Assembly (NCBI RefSeq): GCF_031769215.1
Contig: NW_026781894.1
Location: forward strand, 372,001-436,000
Direction of reading: 5' to 3'
Length of the DNA: 64,000 nucleotides
From: Ylistrum balloti
Taxonomy: Eukaryota
Shown here: positions 1 through 11,301 of the stretch, one piece after another
Layout: every line of letters starts with the position of its first letter
Numbering within the stretch: the first letter of the stretch is position 1
Notes under the pieces: generated by a model
Database searches by the model: none
What the model saw: only the letters and a program-made list of their open reading frames with translations
Told to the model about the DNA's origin: nothing
Translations under genes and position numbers: made by a program

Positions 1-649
1 ATATCAATTAAAAGTAAAAATGTTAAAACTAGGAAAAAATGTGAACAAGAGAGACTTGTAGTGAAATAAAGGGGGGGAAATCAGGAGAATAAGACCAGGA
101 GATCTTAAATGATAACCGTCATCTGCTTCTGCCATGTAAATCATGGTATATATTAACTGAGATTCACAAGGTATATTAACGAGAATAAAATATGGCCAGC
201 TTCTTATCATTCCGAATAACCTTCCAGAAAACAACATCAAAAAGGATCCCAGGGCGTCACACTTTGAAACGACACGTGTCAAATAAGGCAGGTCTGTTTC
301 ATAAACAAAAAATCCCGTCATATTGATTTAGGAGGATAAAACAACATATAATACACTGCCAAAAAGATAGAAAAGATAAAATAAAAAATGAACATTTAGA
401 TGTTCTAAGTATTGTCATGATTATTGATGGACCCGTAAACATTGAATCTAGAAATAAGAACACTGTTTTAAATAATGAAGCTAAATGTCCATTTTTCTTT
501 CAAATATCCAGGAATAATGTTTTTAGACATATAGTATTGGTGGCCAAAAAACAGCTTAGCGCTAACGTAATTTTGATCCAATTCGTGTGTTGTGCTTTGT
601 GTATACCATTGGTAAAACAACAAGAAAATAACAACATGTGATTGTAATC

Positions 650-1060
650 AAAATCCAAACTCAATAAAATCCTTTTGATAATTGTAAAAATTCCCAATAG
701 TCTTCACCAACCTGCATATTTCTGTTGAAATCACGTGTTATGATTTTTTCCCGTCAGTTGACGTGATCTTGCACGAAAATTGTAATATTGAGAACCAGCC
801 CTTGAATATCGAATCAACTGCGACATTTACACACCATAGGTTTGAGATGAAGGTGTTATGCCGAATAGGAAAATTCACTCTAGGGAAGTCAATGCTGGTT
901 TCCTTGTAAGGAGTAGATCGAGATATGCGGCTGATGTAGAGGAGTATATACAATGGAAGTTGTCAATAGATCTCGTGTTAACTAAAGACAAGACTTCTTT
1001 AACATATATGAGAAAGTTAAACTGAAAGACTTTACAAGGTCTGTATAAGCTCTACGATAA
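650..1060 (-). mobile_element. Penelope-like retroelement RT/thumb fragment, decayed
   Basis: Minus frames give FLIYVKEVLSLVN (decayed FRYIDDVLSLNN), STSAAYLDL, DFPRVNFP, TYGV*MSQLIRYSRAGSQYYNF and RLVKTIGNFY. These match the recalled Penelope-type motif run ASYLDL...DFNF.IVNFP..SNIP...YGVYISQLIRY.RACS. Confidence 0.8.
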
Positions 1061-2597
1061 ATGCAACCGCTTATGAAAAAAACAGGGGGAGGGGGGGGAG
1101 ACACTGTTTGTTCCTAAAGATAAGTAAGCATATAGTCTGTTGGAAAATTTATAATCTGAACAGAAGATGCAGTTTATAACTCAAGTAGTGTTTATATGTC
1201 AGTAGAAATAATACAAATAGTATTCAGTGTGTCCTTCATGACATTCTCTCGTTATTTCCATCATCATTTTAAAAATTCTATTTCATGATTCTTTTCAAAA
1301 TTTTAGGTCCTTAACGTCACTTACGTTGTCTCGAAGTATCACTTACATGTTGCTGAATATTACAGTTTAATTCATACCTTGGTACAATCCATACATTTAC
1401 TGTTTCTTATTTCAGATATTAATTAAAAGGTTTAGTCACTTATGTGTCTTTTTGTACGATTTTATGACTCGGATATGTCTTTTGTGTAGATGTTAGAGAC
1501 AAATCAGAGAAACAGACCGGTTCACATATTACATACGGTTTACTGATTTATTGCTGGTGGCTGCAACACAAAGACCTGTTTCCTCTGTATAAACCAATAT
1601 TTTTGACATGCTTGTCAGTTTTTTTATAATCCGATATTGTTTTCTACTCATGATTTAATGTACACGACATATTGTTTCGTGTGGTATTTACATTGTCTAT
1701 GTTCTGATTCAGGCACGTGCATTAAGCAGGGTCGACTTACCATGCAATGGTGCTGTATTTAGCTGTGATATTAATCGTTTGCCGTCATGAAATGTTTCCT
1801 CGGTCTACATAGTCAGAAGTCATCAACGCATTCATTCATCAAAAACCCAACCTTTACGTCCGAAGTAATGAACACAGAGATGCGTATGTTGTAATAGAGG
1901 AAGTTTATCTGTGTCAGGATTGGCATGTCTATGTGGCATGTGATATACCATTATTGTTACTGTCCCGCCACATTTAGGCCAAGGAATCGATAACATGATC
2001 ACTAGATCTCAAAAGTAGGACACTAAAACAACATAATTGAATTTTACAATATATATATTGATCATTTTATCTGAATGAATGTGACTAGTAATTAATATAT
2101 TCCATAAAAGAAGCTGAAAAACTGGAAGTCATCAAATCATAATATACGTTGTTTGATATGAATGATACTGATATTCACAACTGACAATGTAGTGAAAATA
2201 TATGACATTGACCTACATACAACTGACAACACAATGAACAAGTATAGCGCAAACTTACATATTTAACACACATTTACATATATATTACTCTGGTTCATGT
2301 ATAACAATATTGACTATAACATATATCACCGCTAGCTCTGACTTAAACACGTATAAGTAACAAACATATGCAGCACTGACTAGACAGAATTAGAAAAAAT
2401 GCCAATAATACAGGGAGAACGAAACTATGAGTGACGTGTACACAACTTTCGATGACGTTTATATCAACGATACACAACAAGTATACCAGCATTGTAAACA
2501 GTGTTAAGTACTGTATACAAAAACCTTTTTTTTCTCAAAGTATGTATATGTATATATATATATCTTTTATATCTTTTCATAGCTAATATAAATATAT

Positions 2598-2697
2598 AAA
2601 GATAAAATCAACACGGTAGTTTGCTAACGTTTTCAGGCCTAAAGATGGCTGCTAAGCCCTGGAAACGTTTGCAAACTGCCGTAACAATTTTATCTTT
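2598..2697. repeat. Imperfect 100-bp palindrome (MITE-like remnant)
   Basis: AAAGATAAAAT..ACGGTAGTTTGCTAACGTTTTCAGG pairs with CCTGGAAACGTTTGCAAACTGCCGT..ATTTTATCTTT. Confidence 0.7.
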
Positions 2698-5061
2698 AAC
2701 GAACGATAGAGCAATGAGGAGCATAAACTTCGAATGACGTGATATGGTTCTAAGAACTATTTAGTACATGACGATGAATATAAAAACTTGTTTATGGGTA
2801 TTATGACATAATGTCTCCATGATGTAGAAGATAATATACACGAAAATAGTTGGAGAATGAGTCTGTCAAGTTCTCCAGGTGCCTAATACAAATATGAAGT
2901 GTCCGAAGTATCCTGATTCAATTCCCGTAAAACTACCCCATAAGATCTGATAAAGGATACATTATATGATATTACTTCATAATGTCTCCGAAAATTACAA
3001 ATGTGTTAAAACATTTACCAGTAATATAGATTTATTTGATATTGACACATAGAAAATTGATGTGGTAATTTGAGATTTTATAAAAGTATGATAGATGTAT
3101 TGCTTTACACTTTGGTTACTCTGGTAAAATTGTTGCATAATTTTCCATCAAGGAGTCGAAACTATCCCATCCCACCATCACAAAACAAAAACAAGAATTT
3201 TCCTTTTCTTCAATATGGTTTTATAGCTAATCACATTTTCAATCAATTTTTTAGGTGATAAAGTAATAATTTTTAACGATCCTCTGTAAGATAGGATAAA
3301 AACACTGTTTTCTGTGATCTTACAGAGTTTAAATGAATGGTGTAAAAAACGTAGATCTCTGGAATTCTTCCGGTTTCGTTTACGTCAGTTTGACTCTGTT
3401 GATGGATATATGGGGCTACCACAAGCGGTGAGTGTAGCCGATAAGATAGACGTTGAGTTGACTATCAGGTAGAAATATGCACGTTAACTCGAGTACGTGA
3501 TCACCCACCGCCAGCGACCACGAGAGTACAAATACCAGCATCATACAATATCTCATATAACACCAGGAACGTTAATTAAACTAAAAAAAAAGAAAAAATG
3601 CGCTCTTTTTTAATTTGTTTTTAAACCACAAGAAAATAAATGTGAAGGGATTTGATTACATGTTTACTGTTTCAAAGATAATTACTTGACAAGTATTGAT
3701 GTATATACTGCACAAGTTGATTTACTAAAGTACATGGTTTAGGAAAAAAGGAAATTGTGGAGGGGAATATTAAGAGAACTTGTCAGCACTACTTAATGCA
3801 CTGGTGCCAAACTATCACCACAATACCCTCTGGCAGTAGGAGTGAAGCGGACAAGCGAAATTGGTAACGGGGAACAGCTCATGATTGTGAATCATTTATG
3901 AAGAGCTCTGATAGATCTAATTGTGTTTATGTAATACATATGTTCTTTAACAATCGTTTTATATTTTTTATGGTAGGTTTGGGGAATATGTTGCTTCGAT
4001 TGAGATTCAATTGAAGCAATCATGTTGAATGATTCTAATTTCATGAAATATAATTTCACTAATTATGAATTCTTATAACTACCTTACAAAGAGTTAAGTG
4101 ATTTTAGTATATCTTTTAAAGTGTCGCTAGTTTTTAAAAGTAATTCAGACGACAGTTTTCAATGGAAAGATATTGATAACAAACTCCCGCAAAATCTTCA
4201 TTTATGTCAGGATAAAATAAATTAATTCAATTTTCTTAATGTTGCTTCATGATGATTAATACAGTGTAATGCATATACTGTACAATGGCATCATGAAATG
4301 CGGTATCAATAATTTGCATCGATAAGAGAAAAGTAAAAATTTACCTAAAAGGTTAGTGTTATTTGTAGATTCTGTAATAAGACCAGAGAGTAGATTACTA
4401 TCTGTTGCTCTATAGATATATATATTTGTCATTGTTAAAAAGACCTATCACGATATAGCATTTCTCCTGATAACATGGTTCTATTTCTTATTGTGTCTCA
4501 TCACTTTGTAGACATGAGTCATTGTCACCTCATTATAAAACATACATTTACTTTAGATAATAGAATACATATCCACTTTCCAATGTAAAAAGCTTTGGAA
4601 AGAGAATATATTTGGCCTATGTACATGATCAGTACAATACTTGCAAACTAACTGGACATATACATATTCCACGGCAGTTTACTAGTTTGAATTCAATCCT
4701 GTTAGGAAAATCTGTCTTGTTTTTGCCAATATCAAATGTTTCATCGTTTGTTATTTGAGATGTCAAGTTTTTTTTAAATTTTATTACAATTGTTGGTACG
4801 ATGCAGTAACGAATATTAAGTTTTGATGATAACAGCACATGACATTTACTGCTCAGCAAGCCTTGGATAACTGAGTTAATCAAGGACGTCATTTTGTAGA
4901 CAAACTGACACACCGTTAGAGAATGGTACAAGACAGCATCAATAGAGGTATATATAGTATGACATGGCTTATATGTGTGGTCTACGAAAACGTTACCAGC
5001 GGCTCATGTGTTAATTGTGTGATACGACCTGAATGCATGGTAGACAACGCCGTTCTCAGAG

Positions 5062-6000
5062 GTATACAGATATTGTAAACAGTGTGACACGCCGTGAAAG
5101 TATGATTAACAGGATAGTCCTCGGAATGGGTACAGATATTGTAAATAGTGTGACATGCTGTGAAAGTGTGATTAACAGGATCGTCCTCGGGGGTACAGAT
5201 ATTGTAAATACTGTGACACGGTGTGAAAGTGTGATTAACAGGATAGTCCTCGGGGGTACAGATATTGTAAATAGTGTGACACGCCGTGAAAGTGTGATTA
5301 ACAGGATCGTCCTCGGGGGTACAGATATTGTAAATACTGTGACACGGTGTGAAAGTGTGATCAACATGATAGTCCTCGGGGGTACAGATATTGTAAATAC
5401 TGTGACACGGTGTGAAAGTGTGATTAACAGGATCGTCCTCGGGGGTACAGATATTGTAAATAGTGTGACACGGTGTGAAAGTGTGATCAACATGATAGTC
5501 CTCGGGGGTACAGATATTGTAAATACTGTGACACGGTGTGAAAGTGTGATTAACAGGATCGTCCTCGGGGGTACAGATATTGTAAATACTGTGACACGGT
5601 GTGAAAGTGTGATCAACATGATAGTCCTCGGGGGTACAGATATTGTAAATACTGTGACACGGTGTGAAAGTGTGATTAACAGGATCGTCCTCGGGGGTAC
5701 AGATATTGTAAATACTGTGACACGGTGTGAAAGTGTGATTAACAGGATCGTCCTCGGGGGTACAGATATTGTAAATACTGTGACACGGTGTGAAAGTGTG
5801 ATTAACAGGATCGTCCTCGGGTTACAGATATTGTAAACAGTGTGACATGCTGTGAAAGTATGATTAACAGGATAGTCCTCGGGGGTATATATATTGTAAA
5901 TACTGTGACACGGTGTGAAAGTGTGATCAACATGATAGTCCTCGGGGGTATATATATTGTAAACAGTGTGACACGCCGTGGAAGTGTGATTAACAGGATC
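5062..6000. repeat. 63-bp minisatellite, about 15 copies
   Basis: Unit GGGTACAGATATTGTAAATACTGTGACACGGTGTGAAAGTGTGATTAACAGGATCGTCCTCGG repeated head to tail with few substitutions. It explains the repetitive ORFs 5033-5836 and 5056-6006. Confidence 0.97.
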
Positions 6001-6179
6001 GTACAAATAGTGTCACACATCGCGAATGTATTGTACACGACACCATTATCAGCTGTTCATATATTGCTAATTGTGTGATACGCTGTTAATGTATGGTAGA
6101 GAATACCGTTCTCAGAATTATATAACTATACATTTATTGTAACTGCTTGACAGTTTGCGAAAATATGTTACACGAAATA

Positions 6180-6297
6180 ACGCACACTGAAACACTTACT
6201 AATGCACACTGAATCACTTAATAATGCACACTGAAACACTTAATAATGCACACTGAAACACTTAATAATGCAAACTAATACACGAAATAATGCACTA
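6180..6297. repeat. About 22-bp tandem repeat, about 5 copies
   Basis: TAATAATGCACACTGAAACACT repeated with variants. Confidence 0.85.
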
Positions 6298-6389
6298 CAT
6301 ATTTTTACTAAATTTGGCTGACATGTATATCAGCCGAACAAAAGATACAGTGCAATACACTTCATACTTGTAAATCTATATGCCTAACC

Positions 6390-9300
6390 TATATAATATA
6401 AAAAAGTAATAATAATAATAAAAACAAGTCGGCATTTCACTAAATTGCAATATTCTCGAACTAAAGACAAGAAAAGATCGTGGTCCTCTCCAAAAATATT
6501 TCTGACAAGATCAAGAGGACGACCGGAAAACGTGTTTATTTGAATATCACGACACGCCCGGTAAAGAGTAACATAAACATGAACAGGGTAGTTGCCGACA
6601 AGTTTGGAGATGACGTTATTGCATAAAGGTAACATTACTTCGTGGAACAGCCCACGATACCTTGAACAACTGCGTATGTTACCAGCTTATTGCATTGTGC
6701 ACATAATAATTCACGATCTGGAGAAATAATCGAGAGTTTTGCAGCATTAGGACATGTTTTACTGAAGTAGGAAAACGTTTTGATAAACACCAAATAAACG
6801 AAGGACTGATATCATACAGCATACACACAAATCTAATAAAATATCTGCTGAGAAGGAGATGCTGTCAATAGTTAGTAGTCTGGAAGGAATAAATCCAGTG
6901 TGTTAGATTACCAACAATACATCGTGTAAGTCATATTTATGAAAGATCTTCCAAACAACTGAAAAAAAACCTTTCCCACCTCAAGAAATTAAAAAACATG
7001 TATGGAAGAGACGAAGTATGAAAAAAGCTTCTAAACAGTAAATGCTGTGTCTAGTCTTCATAAAGTGGCATAAAAACGGAAGTTTGGCAAAATCAACATC
7101 GAGGTGTATTGAGACAAGGCCTTACACGCAAAGAGCAATATCTGATCGTGTGCGAAGGAGAATGTTTTTGATCAGTTTAGGACATAGATGATAAACTGTT
7201 TCAATACGAGACTATTCAGTTTTAGAAAAAAAAAAAAAAAAAAAACAGAAAAAAAAACCAGAAAAAAAAAGTTACCAGCCGGAGAGGCTTATAAGAAAGA
7301 AAATGGACTTATATCACTTTGCACCTGTGACAAGACTAATTGTGGTACCGGAAAGATTATAAATGAAGAGTGCAGAACATTTACTACACAATCATAGTCT
7401 CATTGATATCTGGACATGTTTGATCTAATTTAGGAAGGACGACCTCATTGCCGAGAAACCAATCCCGCATCATCTTTGAGACTTTGATGCATCGTGGTTG
7501 AATCGCCGATTACAGCTGTAGCGTGTAGCGAAAATCCACGAGATCGTCAAGACCACATTTTACAAAGAGATAAAAATGTTATTACGTCAGTTTGAGTTCG
7601 ACATGTTATATTGACATCGTGAAAACTTTGCTACAGCACAAGTCATTCTGCTTTCATGTTGCTTCCCTGACGCATATCTTGGTAGACTGTAAACAAATCA
7701 GATATGAAACCTTGATATACGACAGCACTAAACATTTTACAACATAGCGAAGCTATAACACAAATGCATTTTGATTTAAACCAAAGCTGGAAAATTTATA
7801 GAATAGGTCATAATGCCAAACGCAGTAAATGCTTTGAAACATCAAGGAAGCAAGCAAACCATTTACTTTTATTGTCACAAGCATACGAAACAGATCCGTA
7901 AACTAAATAGGTAGTCATTGTTCTACTGGTGCTCTTTATAAAACCGTTTTGTAAAGGGTTAATCTTAAAGTGATTAGTCTCAATAGCAGTTAATTTTCAA
8001 AACGTTTAAAACAATAGGTATTAAATGCTCGATAACTACTTGGGTCACATTTAGGTTTGTTGTGACCTTTGTACAATGTACAAATAAGATCTTTGTAGGC
8101 ACTGGTGGACCATACTCTAACAAGGTCGTTAAACAATACACACAGACAGTTCTTTATAATTTCATCTGCATTGATCAGGTGTTCATAAACCATATGATCA
8201 TACCAACCAGCTCTCCAACGGGGAGTGTTTTGCAGATGCACTTGACCTCAGTTGCTTTCTTAGTCATGATTAGATAGAATACTTATGACAGATTCATCAA
8301 CTATTGATTATCAAAATATTCACTAGATGATTCGCAATAGATAAAAAATAGAAGCATTCCCCCTAAAGAGGGCAAGGCGAGGAGGATTCCAGACATCACC
8401 ATTCAATTTCATTTCAGCTCCAGCAAATCCCGAATCATAAGTTCATCGTAGGTTTCCTAATTAGAGAACGGTTTTTGATTAACATAATCGCAGTTTTCAA
8501 TTCCATTGTTCAAGTCTACAATGTGTTCCTCTGACACCTGTCTATGTCTGTTCCAAAATACACCTTTCGTATCTTTGTAATAACGAAAAGTCACGCGGAT
8601 GACTTTGTGATACCCAAATCTAACGATACCTTCATCTGTTTCGAAGGAGAATGTTTCAGTTTATTGTTCCATCAAGGTTTGGCAGAACGTAATTTCCCAA
8701 GTTACTCGTACATTCTGGCTATTTCAGTAAATAATGCACAAACTCGCGTGTTTGTTTATCTACTGCGTCTTTGGGAGTTAGATCTTGAATGGTATTCATA
8801 GCAGAACCGTTGATACGTGCAGCAAGATTGTCTCGGTAATTGTCGACATTTTTCGCAGCACCAGTGGTGACCCACTTAAACGAAAAGCACGTTTGTTTAT
8901 CACAACAATTTTCACCAGGAGTAGAATCAGAAAACTAGTTCAAAAAGCAACGGTTTTTGATTAAACACGTCCAGGTAACCGCCATCCAAAATAGTACATT
9001 TACTCACAACGTCTAATCTATAGGAATTGACGATAAAAGGATCTGTTAGGGAAGATGGACCATCCATGGACTGAACATATGAGTATAATGGACCTTTATA
9101 TAGGCTACAGATTGACAATGTATACAACTCTAAACGGTCGAGGAAGTTTTGAAGAAGCCCTCCACGTTGGTATTGATAACCTCGAAAACGCGAGGGACTT
9201 GAACTGGCATTGAATCCACCATGGTAATTACAGAATCTTGCAGCAAAAAAAGTTGTCCACAGCTCGTCAAGATTTTGAGGTAAAAAAATCATGCCATATA

Positions 9301-11060
9301 TTGCCTTCGGAAGATAATATGGAAAACTCAGAACGAGGGGTTCATAACAGCAATACTGTCACCTTTGGATTGTACAACCGATAGGCGATGATTAAATCTC
9401 TTGTGCCACATCATAGCAATGCTTCCATTTTGAGATCGATGGACAGCAAGTGGATATAAAGAAACGTCTGCTAAAGAGTTAGAGTTCAGGTGACTACTAT
9501 TGGATCAATGTAAATTTTCCTCGAAAAGCCAGTATTCCTCTATTTCACACATATGCACACTGTCCCTGTATTCGAAGATGAGAAGCAAATGTTTGATGAA
9601 ATCGGCAGTCAAAGAAGAATAAAGACAATTATTTTCACCGGCCATCAAACTTAAAGGCATTATACTCACCTATCGTTTCGGGGATATCAAAAGTAATCAC
9701 GTTTACCCTTGCAGAGACGCAAAACTTCAGTTTATAGCCCGAGAACCAATGTGATATTGACCTTGCGCTCTTGTAGATAAGATATGATATAATCAGCTGA
9801 ACATGATACCGACGACATGTCGCTGGGATGAAGGCGAGCAGTTTCAAGCCGGGTAACAGCCATGAATCCACTTATCCTACATCGCTGTTGACAGAAGGGG
9901 TTCTCATAACTGAGGGAATAGCTGGTGAAGATGAGCTGGAACGAAATTGTGATGAGTTATGTCCATGAGAATTAGGTACATTCGTCGGAGATAAGGAACC
10001 ACAAACGAAAATAGATATAGAAGCAACACCTTTCGAGGTTTACTTGTTCCAAGTTAGGTTTGGTTCTGTCAGTTGTTGACTGGAAAATGGGGTAACGGGA
10101 TGGGATTTCGTCGGTGTAACTGAATTACTATGGAAGGACGACGAAGCATTATCAGGAGTAATCGATGACGGTATATCCTTTTCCTTCGGCAGTAAGTTGA
10201 CGCTTTCATGGACCAATTCCTCTGCAAGGGCTTTAATGCGACATTAATTTGCCTTATGTGTGAATTCAGAGATGACATCGCGATTACAGCAGAGGACCCG
10301 TTAGATATAGCCGTTTGAATGTCACGCAGAAAAACAGCAAACTGTCCTGTCATATCACGAATGTCTTTGAGGATAGCTAATGTATCACCACAGCGTTAAG
10401 ATGAAAATGTCTACATTTTTGTAAAGACACCAGCTTTGATGGATACAAATTAATACTGGGAAAGTTTTTAACAGTGCTCAAAATCAAAGACTTTATGAAC
10501 AGGCTCTCATGCTTTACTAAAATGAGATTTTACTGAAGACGCATCTTGGTCCAATTTCTTTTGGAGTTCAACCGTCCAATTTCTTTTGGAGTTCAACCGT
10601 TGGTATCCTCTGAATCAAAGTCGAGAGTTTTCCATAATGTTCTCTCACAATCGTGAAGCAGTCACGAATAGTTTTTATGTCATTGAGAAGAGTAGATATA
10701 TGCTGTCTCGCTTAAAGGTTCACCATCTATAAAGCAGTCTTTCCATACCTCATATCGACTTAGCAATTGAGATTAATCTGACGGGTATTAAATATTAGAC
10801 AACGGACAACCCTCAGTGCACTTAGCGCGGTCGCAAAGAATAACCCAAAACCGGGTAATTTTACTTCCAAAGTTGAAGACTGACCAATTTGACAACGTGC
10901 TCATAAATTTTGGAAGTTTAAATAAGGAACTGTCAAACTACATCGCATCAAGTTTCGGATCCTGTGCTAACTCGCAACTTGATATGGTCAGATGACACGT
11001 TACTGGAGCGATGCGATTTGAAGGCTGCCGCTATCCCCAAGGCACACCACTCTATACATC
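6390..11060 (-). mobile_element. Decayed near-full-length non-LTR retrotransposon (LINE, probably CR1/L2 group): ORF1 plus APE-RT ORF2
   Basis: Minus-strand translations occur in the expected order. ORF1-like text at about 11060-10070. Endonuclease-like HGGFNA...GPLYSY...SLTDPFIV at about 9290-8930. RT motifs LYKGHNKPKCDPSSYR (about 8060), FACFLDVSKAF/VWH (about 7840), GFISDLFTVYQDMRQG (about 7680) and QTDVITFLS (degenerate catalytic motif, about 7585). Then RFNHDASKS, WFLGNE, RTRSDIAL/GLVSI..DFAKLPFL (about 7100) and a Cys-containing C-terminus (about 6700-6600). Many stops and frameshifts. Confidence 0.9.
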
Positions 11061-11211
11061 CAAGTTTTGATGCGATATGAAAATAAAGATTGCTCAAATC
11101 AAATCAAATTGTTCAAAACGAGTTTTTAAAAAAAATTGAAATAATATTAGATTTGACCTAATTTTTGGTGCGATTTGATTATTTTTGAAATGTGTTATGC
11201 TTGTCTCAAAA

Positions 11212-11301
11212 TCAACGCGCTTTGAGAGAAACATATAAAAGTGGGTTGTAACATCCAATATTATAACCCACTTTGAAAAACAAAAACATCAAGTGCGTTG
11301 A
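11212..11301. repeat. Nested inverted repeat (hairpin) near the LINE 5' end
   Basis: AAAGTGGGTTGTAA (11238) pairs with TTATAACCCACTTT (11261-11274). Outer TCAACGCGCTTTGA pairs imperfectly with TCAAGTGCGTTGA. Confidence 0.6.

Noticed and set aside
3420-3520. GAGTTGACTATC motif recalling Crypton-like non-autonomous element ends
   Set aside because: The resemblance is short and from memory only. No partner end or recombinase remnant was found.
5033-6078. Long repetitive ORFs (267 aa and 316 aa) and a CRISPR-like appearance
   Set aside because: The unit is 63 bp (a multiple of 3), so frames stay open on both strands. Units are contiguous with no unique spacers and no cas genes are present. It is a minisatellite.
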